Below the pieces are notes generated by a model. The model ran no database searches and was not told where the DNA came from. It saw only the letters and a list, made by a program, of their open reading frames with translations. The translations under genes were made by a program, and so were the position numbers. This document shows, in pieces, positions 50,594 to 63,640 of a stretch of DNA of 64,000 bases. Origin of the DNA: Camelus ferus (lineage: Eukaryota); assembly GCF_009834535.1 (NCBI RefSeq), contig NC_045697.1:52826001-52890000 (forward strand), read 5' to 3'. Within the stretch, counting starts at the first letter, position 1; each line of letters starts with the position of its first letter.

Positions 50594-51435
50594 CTGCAAA
50601 ACACACAGAAACCAAACAATGAAAAGTTGCAGAGACTGGGGCCACAGTGGGGACAGATTCACTTACTCTTGCTAGTGGTCACCCAGTATACCCTGTTCCT
50701 CATAGCTTCTCCCACCACATCTCTATGTGAGGAATTCTGTGCGTGCTAGTGGGAGCCAGGGGTGTGTTTGGGACAAATGCTCTTGTGAGGAATTAGTTAC
50801 TGAATGAGACTACAATTTGAAGACAAGACCTCTGGGAGGCCAAATTGAAAATGTTCCAGCAGACTACTTTTGGAAAATCATCATAAATGAAATGTGGGTC
50901 ATGTAAGTACCCAAACATTAATAATGAGATCACAGGCCACATAGACCTCTACCTGATTAAAATTAGACCAGTCTAATTTGGGAAGGTGATTTCTACTCTT
51001 TTTCAAGTTCCAAGCTGGGTTCCGGGTGTCAGTTCCTGAGATTCACTTGACAGCTGTTTTAATCTTGGCTCTCCAACTCCATCGAACACATTCTTTGTCT
51101 TAAGTCAAGTCCAACATGCTACCTCCCTAGATCTAATTTCTTGAGACTCAGCAGCTTATACCCACAGGTGCTTAGAAAAAATACGAAAATGGTTGGTATC
51201 TTAACATGAAGACAACCTCTGTTAGATCAATCATAACTATCCTTTGCAGGCACACTTCTCAGTATTCTACATTACCAGTTCTCTCATAACACCACCTGTT
51301 CTAGTCATAATAACATGTTGCATTTCAGATTGTTATGAAATAAATGATTACGGTCATCATTGTCTTTAGTCTCACTCCTGAAGGAGATCGTTAAGAATAT
51401 TTTCCCTGACAAACAGAATTCAACCTTAAACTTAC

Positions 51436-51553
51436 TTAAGTCCTGGAAGATCTTTAACACTTGCTGTTATCTCTGCAGCTTCTGGAACAAGCTTTTCTAC
51501 AAGTTCTAGAGGCCCCCAGAAGGATTTATTTTGTCCAAGAAAAGTTTTCTTAG
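51436..51553 (-). CDS. RUFY3: RUFY3 exon 3
   Basis: AKKTFLGQNKSFWGPLELVEKLVPEAAEITASVKDLPGLK; AG/GT borders; 118 nt. Confidence 0.96.
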
Positions 51554-52337
51554 CTAAGGTGATAAAAACAAAGCAGTATTTTAATATTTTTTACAATATA
51601 AACATACCCTAAACACACACACACACACTCTATTCAGTGTGCTTTTCAGGGAACCAATCCTAGATTATCAGATAGTTCTAAAATTATTCATGCTTTCAGA
51701 ATAGGTAATATTTTGTAAAAATAAAAAATCTCCTACTTCTTGAGACTCAGTGCTTCCTCTTTCAGGAAAAATTTATTAACTAGCCATATGATAACAATAA
51801 AACATTTTAACAATATCATGTTTAAAACTGTGTGGTATTAGTGAAGAAAACAGCTCAGTGGAAAAGAATACATAATCCAGGAATAGGTAATCAAAGACTG
51901 GGGAGAGAGGAGGAAAAGAAGCAAAGGTGAACAAGACCAAGTCCTGACCTTGAAGCTTCTGGTCAAGTGGGAAGAGCATAGAAGCAAGAGTCAGGAGATC
52001 TGAGTTCCAGCACTTGCTCTGCCCCCACTCACTGTGTGACCCAGGGCAAGTCGTGTCCCATTCTACGTCTATTTCCACCTGTGAAACACAACTGCCACAT
52101 TGGACTAGATACTTGTAACAGTGCTTCCAACCCTAGCTTTTAAGGATTTGTATTTTAAGACCTATACATCCTTCAAGTTAATCACATTCCTGCGCCCATA
52201 CAGGTTGCACTACAATGGATCAATGTCATTAATTCAAGCCTCTTATTCTTTGGCTCCACCAAGAATGCTTCTCTTCTTAAGCACGTATTGCTAGGAAACA
52301 GGTGCACGCACATTTGCATTTTGAGGCTGGGGCCTAC

Positions 52338-52511
52338 CTTTCAAGCCATGTTTCAGGCAGTGCTCCATCACAACAAAGAACTGCTGGAGAGGTGCGTAGT
52401 CAGAGTCCAGGGTTCTCCCCAGGTTCAGAGCAGATTCAATCAAGCCTTTGATACTCAGCTTGGCCATGTTCATCAGGTTCATGCGTTCGTTAGCCATGAG
52501 ATAATTAGGAT
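52338..52511 (-). CDS. RUFY3: RUFY3 exon 2 (start of RUN domain; first exon outside the window)
   Basis: cag|[58 protein letters not shown]|gtaggc; 174 nt. Confidence 0.97.
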
Positions 52512-52574
52512 CTGCAGCCAAAAGGGGAAAGGATGGAGCCTGGTTACTAGAAATAGCACATTCATAAACTCAGG

Positions 52575-52802
52575 ATAATTTGACTGGGTTGACATTCGCA
52601 TTGATGGCGCAAAAACAAAGGTGGGTAAGACTGCGGGTGTCTTGGCAACAATCAAGGCAGTGGCACCAAATTATACTATTAGTTGATGTATTCTCCTCTG
52701 CCATGTGCTTGCTGTTTAAAAAAAAAAAAGATGCCAGTTGCCCTTAAGAATATTCTTCGTGAAACAGTAAAAAATCTATTGATTTTATCAAATACTGAGC
52801 CC
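52575..52802. mobile_element. hAT-Charlie fragment
   Basis: Recognised phrase aatcaaggcagtggcaccaaa...gaaacagtaaaaa. Confidence 0.55.
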
Positions 52803-54859
52803 AGAGTAGGCTCTGCCACCGCCATAACTTGGGCCCATCAGGCTCACTAGCACACAGACTTCATGCTGGCCTGCTTCCTGACTGGCCCTGCCCGGTTCAT
52901 TCTCTGCAGCCTGTGAAGTGCTCTAAACAAATAAAGCCGATGTAGAAAAAAAGGATAAAGTGCTTAAACTCTGTTCCAAATATACTATTTGCATTTTCAG
53001 TATTTATACTAGTAAGCATTGTAATTTAAACTTAGCATTATTAAATGAACTAAAAATAATTAACATTATCAGGAGTGCAAATATTAGAACTTAATCAAAT
53101 CCCCAATTTTTAAAGGCTTAACAGAGTGTATGGCTCTCATCAACCAAATAAACTCGAGGAAAGGGTGTAAGTACCATATTTTATCTGACAAAACTCAGAT
53201 AGCTTCTTTATTGCACTTGCTACCTTCTTCACTGGTGTGAACCCTGTGCCTCGTACTGTGGGCTGCTTCTTACAGTTATGATCTCAGTCCCTCCTCACTG
53301 CATGCTATGAGACAGTTAGACCAACATCACCGACTTAAGAAGAAGGAAAATGAGGCTTAGAGAATTAAGTAGCTGACCTCAGGCACTGCCAGAAATACCC
53401 AACAGAGCCAGAGTCTACACTCTGTTTCTCTGACTTCAAACCCTGTGCTGCTGACCACTATCATCCACCTACAAATACATCAGACTCCAAATATTTATCC
53501 TTCCCTCCTGTTGACCGTTCTTTTACACAATTATCACGTTTAATTTTTGCGACTTTATCATTTAAGTGCTGTCTGTTTTTTCAGGTGGTAAAGCAGGCCT
53601 GTAATGGTTTAGAGATCCAAGGCCAAACAGCTCCCAAGTAGCAGAATGTGGACCTGGATATAACATGAAAGCCAGTGCTCTTTCCACTATGCTATGATAC
53701 GTGCATCCTCCCAAAGCCAACTATGTTACATTTCTATACAAAATGAAAAAGGCCTGGAGATCTATGAAATATTTTACCTTTTGAGGAGGATTAAAAGTAA
53801 TACTAATAAAAGCTCTGCTCCTATAATAGAAACAAGCTACAACACAAAACAGAGATTATCTTACTTAAATTGTCCCAAGTAATTCTGTTCACATAGTGTT
53901 TTCATTTATATCTGCTTTCACAATTAAAAGAGCAGAATCAAATCTAAGCTCACCCTTTTTTCCATTAAGTCTAGGGACTTGGAGGTTTACAGTGCCAACT
54001 GTACAAATCTAGGTTTGCTATAGTGTTTTCTGAGGTAGTATTTTCAGAGGGTACTTTAGTAGGAAAGTCAGAATTGGTATACCTTCCCACTAATTCTTTC
54101 CCGCACACTAACAAAAAAAGTTAGGGCTGTGCCTCAAATCCGGCTCTCTGTTCACTGTAGGTCAACTTGTCAAGAATAGAGTAAGTTCACAGGGGACACC
54201 AAAATACATCAAAAACAACCTCCCGACAACAGCTGTGAAGAACAACTTTATCAAATATTAATTTCCAGCATCATTACCAGCAGTTATGTGCACTGTAGAC
54301 TTTCTGATCTTCTATGCTCACTGGGAGAAGAGAATAGGGCTGGGGTGTGTGGCTATGCATGAGCGTTTGCAGAGAACTCCTGGATCCCCATTTAACTCCC
54401 CCTGACAGATGGCAAGAAATGTGGTTGGGCTGGGGTAACTGGCGGTCCATAAGTTACCACTCCCTTTGCCTCAAGTCTGCAGATCATTAATTCAGGGAGC
54501 TAATAGCAAAAGTAATGTTGCTGGTCAAAGTACATAAGCTAATTCCAACCTAGTGAGAACCAGTCACGTGGGAAGAGCTGGATTTGGAGTATGCACAAAA
54601 TAGCAGCCTTTGAGGCATTTTTCCAGAAGTGGTGATACCAGCTCTTCTATGTTGCCTCATCTTGCTCTTCTTGAAATCAGTAGCTGAAACGTTCAAGACA
54701 TCTGGTTAGAGTCTGGGATGCACAGACGACAGAAAGATGGTCTAGTGGCCAGGAAAATTAAATTCCTAACATCTTGGACTGCACGGTGTCAGGAATTTGG
54801 TGCTATAACCTTTTTGAACTAACCTGCACCAAACACAAACAACCCACCCATTCTTTAGA

Positions 54860-55070
54860 AAGTATTTCTCTTAACCTTGGCACCACTGACATTTTAGGCC
54901 AGGTAATTCCTTTTTGTGAGGGGCTGTTCTGTGAATTAAATCTAGCAGCAACCCAGGCATCTACCCACTAGATGTCAGTAGCACCGTCCAGTCTGACAAC
55001 CCCAAGTATCTCCAGCTGGTGCCAGAGTCTCCTGAAAGACAACAGCTCGTACATGTGGAGACTACTACTC
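54860..55070. mobile_element. MER20-like hAT MITE
   Basis: aaccttggcaccactgacatttta...ctacccactagatg...gagactact. Confidence 0.75.
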
Positions 55071-56079
55071 TAAACAAATGAAAGTCAAACAGAAATCAAG
55101 GTAACTTGACAATTAGACATAAGAGCTCAAAGGAATTTATTGCTCATTATTAATTATTTAATTAATGCAAAAGTTAAATGATTACTTAATGCTTATTATT
55201 ATCAACATTTTTGTGCTGAGTAGTATATGAGAGTATGGTCGTTACAAATAATTTTGTTTCCTAGTTAGTACCAAATTAAACTGAATAGACTTAGTACTTA
55301 AGTATTTTTTCCTCCATTTTGCAATGTTGGCTACTAATAATTAATACTAAATCATTAGCTTGATTTGTCACAGAACAAGAAATTCTCTGTTTAATCAATT
55401 TGTTACTTGTCTTGAATTGTAGTCAAGTATAAAATGACTTTGTGGAACTAATATATGCTGTTTAAAAGGGCTGCAATGACCAGAAGCGAATGTGGAGGGA
55501 CTTCTAAGGGGCAGGGAAAGTTCTGTTTTTGATATAGTGTTAGTTGTGTCAAATTGGTGACTGTGTGAAAATTCACTTGAGCTGAATATTTATGTAATCT
55601 TTTCTGTATACTGTATACTTTTAAGTATAAAAAGCTAATAGACCAGAAAATGATTTTAAAATGCAAGACTTTCACAATGTTGTTATACTTTTCCTATGTT
55701 AAAATAATTAAAATGTCAAATTTTCACAATGTTAACATCTAACACTATTTTTCTAAAACTGAACTTCTGTTCATTCATCCATTCATCCATTCATTTTTTT
55801 TACTAAATACTAAAATAAACATCTACTGGGTATTAGACACTGTATTTAACGCTGGGAATCCAGACATAAAAGACCTAGCCCCTGACATTAAAGTGCTAAC
55901 TACTTATCAAACTTGATAATACGGACATCTGGAGAACAAAACAGGGCAGCTTACAGAGAATACTTGAAATTTCAGGACAAACATTATCATCTTCAACAAA
56001 GATTAATTTTATTCCAGGACAAGTAAATTAAAAGGCTTTTATTTTATACCAAATATACCAATCTATGGAATCAAATGTA

Positions 56080-56082
<3 letters not shown>

Positions 56083-56158
<76 letters not shown>
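56083..56158. repeat. (TA)n microsatellite, ~38 units
   Basis: Seen directly. Confidence 0.97.
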
Positions 56159-56161
<3 letters not shown>

Positions 56162-56989
56162 TTTTTAAGGCTAAGATAGTAGATATATTAATGTAGGATT
56201 TCAGGCAAACTGTAAGTCCACCACAACCTTCTCTGCCATTGGATATATTCTGTGGAAAAGTTCAAGAAATAACTATCAACATGGCTATTATTTAGTATTG
56301 TACTGAGGGTGACAGACCAATGCAATTAGAGAAGGTAAAGAAATTGGAGACATATAAACTGTGAGTGGGTCATATATTACTGCTCTCATACAATCTATTT
56401 TACATCCAGAAAATCAAACAAAATAAACTAAAATTTTTACAAAAATGTAATTCATAGAGATAGCAGAGTAAAATCAATACACAGAAACCACTAGATGCCA
56501 TATATACAGGATGAGACTTTTGAGTTTGTCCTTTGAAGGACAAAGAGAAACTGGGCAAGGCAGGCACAGGAGTAGAGCTGTGGCGGGAGTAGGGTGGACG
56601 GACGGCTTGAGCAGAGGCACAGAATATGAAAGGACATGGCGTACAGAAGCAAATAAAACTGACAAATGCCAGGAGTTTATGAGCATTCAAGTAATAGCTG
56701 TGAGATGAGATAAGGGAAGTAATTTAAGGGAGAGATTATTAAGGACCTTGTTTGGGGAATACGGATTTTACCTGAAAGTCAGTGCAGATTTTGATATGAG
56801 GTGTAATGTCACAGATTTGAATTTTAGAGGAGCCATTCCAGCAGCTTTGAGGAAGATGAAGCAGAAGGGAGTAAGAACTGAAAGCTGAGGAGCAAGTAAG
56901 GGTCTACTGCAAAAGTTAAGGAGGGAAATTATAATAGGGGACGGAACTAAAGCATTGAGTGCTGTGTGGAGAAGAGGGAGCTAGCTTCC

Positions 56990-57189
56990 TTTTTTTTTAA
57001 TTTTTAAAAAAATGTTCAGATTTTAAAACAAATTCTTTAATTTATATATTTTAATTTGGGGGGTTTATTTTAGGAAGGAAGTAAGTAGGAATTCATTTAT
57101 ATACTTATAATGGAGGCACTGGGGATTGAACCCAGGTCGTTGTGGATGCTAGGACGTACTCTACCACTGAGCTGTACCCTCCCAACCAC
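56990..57189 (-). mobile_element. tRNA-derived SINE (Vic-1-like) with TSD
   Basis: TSD gggagYtagcttYc at 56976 and 57190; inserted in an L2-like region. Confidence 0.85.
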
Positions 57190-58770
57190 GGGAGTTAGCT
57201 TTCAGCAATGTTCTAGGGGCAGAATATCACGATTTCAGGACTCAATGATCACCTGGATTGAGGGAAGAAGGAGAAAGAATAGAGAGCAACTTCTGTGTTT
57301 CTAGTTTGGGTGATTATTTGATTATCTCTACATTTGGACAGTGGTGCAAATTACCTTGGTGGGAAACATAGCAGGAGCAGTGGACTAAAGAAACCATGTG
57401 GAAATGACTATAGTTACAATAATAAACTATACTGGTTTTCAAAAAAAGTATATTGGTTCTCTCAAGGGAGTGTGGGTCTTCATCATACCTCTTCAAGGCT
57501 GCTTATTTCATATGAGGAAATTTTAATAAACTTTACAGTCATGTGACTCATTCAGTTAACAGTGATGAGAAAAGTAGACCGAAAGTCATACAGCTAAGAG
57601 TGACAGTGAGTCAAACTGTTCTGCAAACCAGTCATCTCACCAAGACTATATTTTAATCTCTTTATAGTGTAACAACTAACATTCATACAGAGTAACATTG
57701 AAATGTTTAATGAATAATTGAAAGAAAATTAAGGTATATTTAATATTATGTTAAGATTTAGTATGTTACATTGTACCCAACTCTTGGTAAAGTGGGAATA
57801 ATTCATATATAGCACAACAGTAGTTACTCTTCAGAGTTTCCCGGTTCTTTGACAGATCAAAACTTTTAAATGAGAAATGAAAATAGTTGTCATACACAAA
57901 TTTCCCAGTGATACCTAAAAGTATTAATATGAGATTAAAAATGACAAATTAACAGAAAGATACTGAAAGGAAAGCTTACTCAATGTTCAGAATGACTGAA
58001 GACCAATAATTCCGAAATAAATCTATTTTGAACTTTGGCCATAATATTTCTTAGAATATAAAATTGGGCATAAAATAAGTTATCTGTGATAGTGAAAGAA
58101 ATTACTCAAAGTACTAAAAAGATCTTATAATAAAACACCATTTAACTAGTCTGATGACACTCATTTATACAAGAGAATTATGAAGTTTTACTAAATCCTC
58201 CCTTAAAAATAATCAATAGAGTCTTAGGACCTTTAGAGTATTTATATATCTGTATCATTATCTATCTACTAATGAACTTCAGATATAATTTTGCACTCAA
58301 GAGTAATAAAGAGGAAATTCACTTAAGTAACATTTTCTCTGGGTTAAAATCCAAAGGAGTTGGTCAAAAAATTTAACCACAAATTTACTCATCCTTATTG
58401 CTACCTTTTCTTAGTAACAGCAGAATCAACGATGCACTTTGCAAAAAATAAGCCTTTACATCAGGAAGATTATATCCACCCACTATTCTTAATCTGCTTA
58501 ATATTAATCATCTGGATTAACATATTATATGACACCAGGCAAGGAATCTCACTTCTTTGGGGCCTCAATTTCCTTATCTTTAAAATGAAGAGTTAAATTT
58601 GTTCAGCATCTCTTTTATCTGATAGAGACAAATACACCCATATCAATCATAATGACTTATCACAGCACTACTTCTCAAGGGAGGGACACATTAATATTCC
58701 CGGAATGAGGAGTAACAACATGGTTTGGAAAAATCCCACAAGTCACTCTGATATCAAATGAACAAGATCC

Positions 58771-58930
58771 TTGCCACTCCAAGTGTGGTCCTGGAACATC
58801 AACGTTGCCATCACCTGGAAGCCTTTAGAAACAGGAAACCCTGGGCTCCAATGATACTACTGCATCAGGTTCTGCACTTCAACCAGAATCTAAAGCAATC
58901 TGTATGTGCATTGAAGTTTGAGAAGCACTG
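58771..58930. mobile_element. MER5A-like hAT MITE
   Basis: caagtgtggtcc...catcacctgg...aagtttgagaagcactg. Confidence 0.75.
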
Positions 58931-59039
58931 ATCTAGATGACTCTCCTAACTCTAGCCTATAATAATTCCATGATTTCACAGATGGCTTCCTCAAGGGCAG
59001 CCAATAATTACACTTATCAGTAGAAAGCTCCCAGGATGA

Positions 59040-61045
59040 AGAATAATAAAGATTAGAGCAGAAATCAATAGCAAATAAAACTGAGAAAAATCAATGAAAT
59101 CCAAAGTTGGCTCTTTGAAAAGATCAACAATATTGATAACCATTTAGTTAGAACTGACCAACCAAAAAAGAGAGAAGATTCAAATTACTAAAATTAGGAA
59201 CAGAAAGGAGACACTACTACTGATCTCACAGAAACAAAGGATTATAAGGGAATACCATGGGCAACTATATGCTAACATATTAGACAACCTAGATGAAAAG
59301 GACAATTTCTAAAAAAGATAAACTACCAAACTGACTCAAGAAGAAATAGAAAATCTGAACAGCTCTCTAAAAGGTAAAGATATTAAATTCATAATAAAAA
59401 AATCCCACAAAGAAGAGGCCAGGACCAGATGGCTTCACTACTGAAATTTACCAAACATTGAAAAAATTAATACCAATCTTTCACAAACAAGTCTGAACAA
59501 TAAAAGAAGAGGAAACACTTCCCAACACATTCTATGAAACCATTATTTTGAGGCCAATATCAAAGGCACCATAAATAAAACTACAGATCAATATTTTTTA
59601 TAAATACAGATGCAAAGTCCTCAACAAAATACCTGCAAACCAACTCCAGCAACATACAGAAAGGATTATACAATATGACCAAATGGTTTTTTGGATGACA
59701 CCAAAAGCACAAACAACAATAGAAAAAAAAGATAAACTGTACTTCACAAAAGTTAAAAACATTTGCACTTCAAAGGATACCATCAAGAGTGAAAAGACAA
59801 CCCACAGAATGGGAGAAAAAAATGCAAATCAGATCCAGTATCCAGAACAGATAAAGGACTCTTATAATTCACCAATGAAAGAGAAATAACTCAGCAAAAA
59901 AGAATGGGCAAAGGATTCAAACAGACATTTCTCCAGAGAAGAAGAAATACAAATGGCTAATAAGTACATGAAAAAATGCTCATGAGGAAAATGCAAATCA
60001 AAACCATAATGAGTACTCTCTTTGACAGCACATATACTAAAACTGGAAAGATAGAGAAGATTAGCATGGCCCCTGCGCAAGGATGACATGCAAATGCATG
60101 AAACATTCCATATTTCTAAAGCAAAAATAAACAAGTGAGACCTAATTAAACTCATAAGCTTTTGCACAGCAAAGGAAACCATAAATAAAAAGACAAACTA
60201 CAGAATGGAAAATATTTGCAAATGATGTGACTGACAAGGGCGTAATTTCCAGAATATATAAACAGCTCATACAACTTAATAACAAAAAACCAAATAATCC
60301 AAAAATGGGCAGAAAACCTAAACAAGCAATTCTCCAATTAAGACATACAAATGGCCAAAAGGCACATGGAAAAATGCTCAACATCACCACTTATCAGAGA
60401 AATGCAAATCAAAACTACAGTGAGGTATCACTTCACACCAGTCACAATGGCCATCATTAAAAAGTCCACAAACCACAAATGCTGGAGAGGCTGTGGAGAA
60501 AAGGGAACCCTCCTACACTGTTGGTGGGAACGTAATTTGGTACAGCCATTATGGAAAACAGTATGGAGATTCCTCAAAAAACTAAAAATAGACTTACCAT
60601 ATGATCCGAATGTCTAACAACTGATAGATAAAGAAAATGTAGTATGTTTAATGGACAATTATTCAGCAATAAAAAAGAAATAAAGTACTGATACATGCCA
60701 CAACATGGATGAACCTTGAAAACATTATGCCGAGTGAAAGAAGCCCGACACAAAAGGCACCAGAGTTAATGATTGTGTTTATATGAAATGTCCAGAATAG
60801 GCAAACCTATAAAACAGATAATAGATTAGTAGTTGTAAGGAACTAGGAGGAATGGGGAATAGGGAGTGAATACTAACAGGTATAGTTTCTTTATAGGGTG
60901 ATGAAAATATTCTGGGATTAGATAGTGGTGAAGAGTGTACAACTTTGTGAATATACTAACAACCGTTGAATTGTACAGTTTAAAGTGGTGACCCCTACAG
61001 TATGTGAATTATATCTCAGTAATGCTATTAATAAAAAAAAAAAAA
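59040..61045 (+). mobile_element. Old L1 (L1MB-like) with internal deletions, interrupted by a U6/L1 chimera
   Basis: ORF2 remnants 59040-60012, 3' UTR 60610-61030 and polyA at ~61033-61045. Confidence 0.8.
60013..60117 (+). pseudogene. RNU6: Full-length U6 snRNA retropseudogene fused to L1
   Basis: Matches U6 (CAGCACATATACTAAAA...GATTAGCATGGCCCCTGCGCAAGGATGACA) with about 12 substitutions and a 2-nt deletion in the ACAGAGA box; no Pol III PSE/TATA context. Confidence 0.93.
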
Positions 61046-61187
61046 CCCTAGAAACTTAAGAGACACAATAAAATATCTCATATGGATCCTAATTAAAAAA
61101 AAAAACTGACAAGCAGACTTTGAAAATGGGCTGAATATTACTTACTGTTAGGAAATTATTAATAATTAATTTTGTTAGGTGTGGTAC

Positions 61188-61808
61188 TGTCAGAGCAGGC
61201 AGATAGCTAGATATGAGCAGAGAAAGGGGGGCACAGACCAAATGGCAGGAATTGGGCAGAAAGGAGGGGCACAGGCCAAATGTAGGAAACCACACATCAT
61301 GTAAGCAGCAGGGATCCTTGGGCAGAGAAAGAAAAGCAGGAACCTTGGGGCTGATAAGGGATCATGTCCTTTGGGATGACAAGTGGCCTGGAGAAGAACA
61401 AAGAAAGGTGAGAAAAGGCAGGAATTTCTAGTGTCCGAATGTAACCTTTTGCTCATTATGCTCTCATTTCAATAAAATTAGCCTTGCAGATCAGAAGTAC
61501 CCATCATGCACCGACACCATGACACTTCTGATCCAGACTAAATAAGGACAAAAATCCCTCCTTCCCAAGAATATTCTGCCCATTCATTTTTACACCTTAT
61601 GTAACTAACTTGCCAAAGAAACTCAGCCTGCCCGAGTTCACCCGAGCCTGCCCGCTCTCCCCTGAGCCTGCCCGCTCTCCCCTGAGAGTGTACTATCCAT
61701 CCTTTAATAAAGCCTCACTTAACCTTTTTTTAACCTCTAAGTCTTATCTCTGAATTCTTTCTGGGACGGGACAAGAACCTGGAATGCTGGTTGCATCTAT
61801 TGGCAACA
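61188..61808 (+). mobile_element. Solo LTR, ERV1-type, probably young
   Basis: TGT...ACA termini, perfect 4-bp TSD gtac, AATAAA at 61706; 621 bp. Confidence 0.85.
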
Positions 61809-62222
61809 GTACTGAAGTACTTACAGGTGATAAAACATGATGCTTGGAGTTTGCTTTATTTAAACTACTCTAGAAAAATGTGGGGGTAATAGATGAAAAA
61901 AGATCAGCAAATATTGATAATTATTGAAGGTGGGTGATGGAAACAGGGTTTCTTATGCTACTATCTCTACTTTATGTAGCTGAAAAATTCGATAATTAAA
62001 AATAAAAAAGAGCTTCTGCTTTCTCTTCCTTCATGTCAAGGTTTAACTGCTAGCCTCCAATAAGAATCTAGTGCTATTTTCTTATAATCCTGAATATAAC
62101 CAAAAAAAAAAAAAAAAAAAAACCCAAACCCTTTTGATTGGTGTCAGCATTGAAATGAGCAAGCTTATTTGGTTATTAACGTTCCAAAACCATTCTTCCA
62201 TATACTTTTACTCATTCTTGGC

Positions 62223-63213
62223 TAGGGATTGTGAAATAGTAAGAAATAAATCTACCTACATACTTATTTCAGCCCCTGGTTCCTAACACAGAGGTCCTAA
62301 AACCCTAGTAATTTCCCAAGTGATAAGAGCTACAGGGGTATCTTCTGTTATATTTGGTTTCTGTTTCTAGGTCCTGAGTTTACCAGAGTTAAAGGTAAAA
62401 GGAGCATCTTTGTTATTCATAAGTCCCATTCAATCAGTGTTTTTGAATAAGGTGAATAATATAATATTATTATATTATATTATATTATATTATATTATAT
62501 TATATTATATTATATTATATAATAATATTAGCTGAATAAGTCAGCTAATAAGGTGACTTTTAGAAAGCCCCTAAGGATGTGTAGGCTGGTTGCCAGGGGA
62601 ACCAGTGGCGTGATAAGAGGGTTGGAACTTTGAGCCACCCCCTTCCACCTCCAAATCCAGATAGGGGAGGGGGGCTGGAGATAGAGCTCAACCATCAAAG
62701 ACCATGATTTAATCAATGTAGCCTACATAATGAGGCCTCCATAGAAACCCGAGTGGAAAGGGTTCAGAGAGCTGGTTAGTGAACACATCGAGGTAGCTGG
62801 GAGGGTGATGTGCCCCAAGAGGGTATGTGGGTTCCATGCTCCTTCCCACATACTTTGTCCTATGCATCTCTTCCATCTGGCTGTTTTTGAGTTGTGTTCT
62901 TTTATAATACACCTGTAATCTAGCAAGTAAACTCTTTCCCTGAGTTCTGTGAGCCTTTGTAGCAAATTACCAAACCTGAGGAGGGGCTCATGGAAACCTC
63001 CAATTTATAGCTGGTTGGTCAGAAGCACAGGTGACAACCTGGACTTGTGATTGGCATCTAAAGTGAGGGGGTGTCTGGTGGAGTCTGTGTTAACTCCAGA
63101 TAGCGTCAGAATTGAATTGCTGTTGGAGAATCAGTGGGTGTGGGAAAACACCCCACACACTCAGTGTCAGAGAGCACTGTGAATAACAGAGGGAAAAACT
63201 GTTTTTCCTTTAG
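62223..63213 (+). mobile_element. MER21-like solo LTR
   Basis: tgtgaaat...cctggttcctaacacagaggtcctaaaaccct...; ends gtttttcctttaga. Confidence 0.7.
62457..62528. repeat. (ATATT)n microsatellite
   Basis: Seen directly, inside the MER21-like LTR. Confidence 0.95.
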
Positions 63214-63640
63214 ATATCCACTTCTCTAATCTTTAAAAGATGTCCATTTATATTCCAAACTTGTCCAAGAGTTCTCTATGAAACCACACTGACTTCTTCA
63301 CTGCACTCCCATATCACAAAATAATCAACTTTAGGAGTTTCCTAAACTTCTTCAAGCACCTTTACCTGAAGAATTCCACACGCAGAAGAATACCTAGAAG
63401 ATTTCTGGGAACATCTAGAAGGACAGTAGTCAGTCACCTTTGTTTTGATGCAACATAAAAATTTTAGGTGTTAAGTATAAACCCAAGAGTTCCTTGCTCT
63501 GCTCAACTTATTCCATAGAAATAATTAAAATGTTAGAGGGCAACACTGTGATCTGATCTAGAAGAGTTAGAGCTGCTTCTCTCATATTCCCTGAGTGATA
63601 CTGGGGCAATTTCTAATCTCTTTACATCTAACCTATAAAA

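Noticed and set aside
60013..60117. Functional U6 snRNA gene
   Set aside because: Damaged ACAGAGA box, many substitutions, no upstream promoter, and fused to L1.
61621..61690. CRISPR-like short repeats
   Set aside because: A tandem duplication inside an LTR with no spacers, in eukaryotic DNA.
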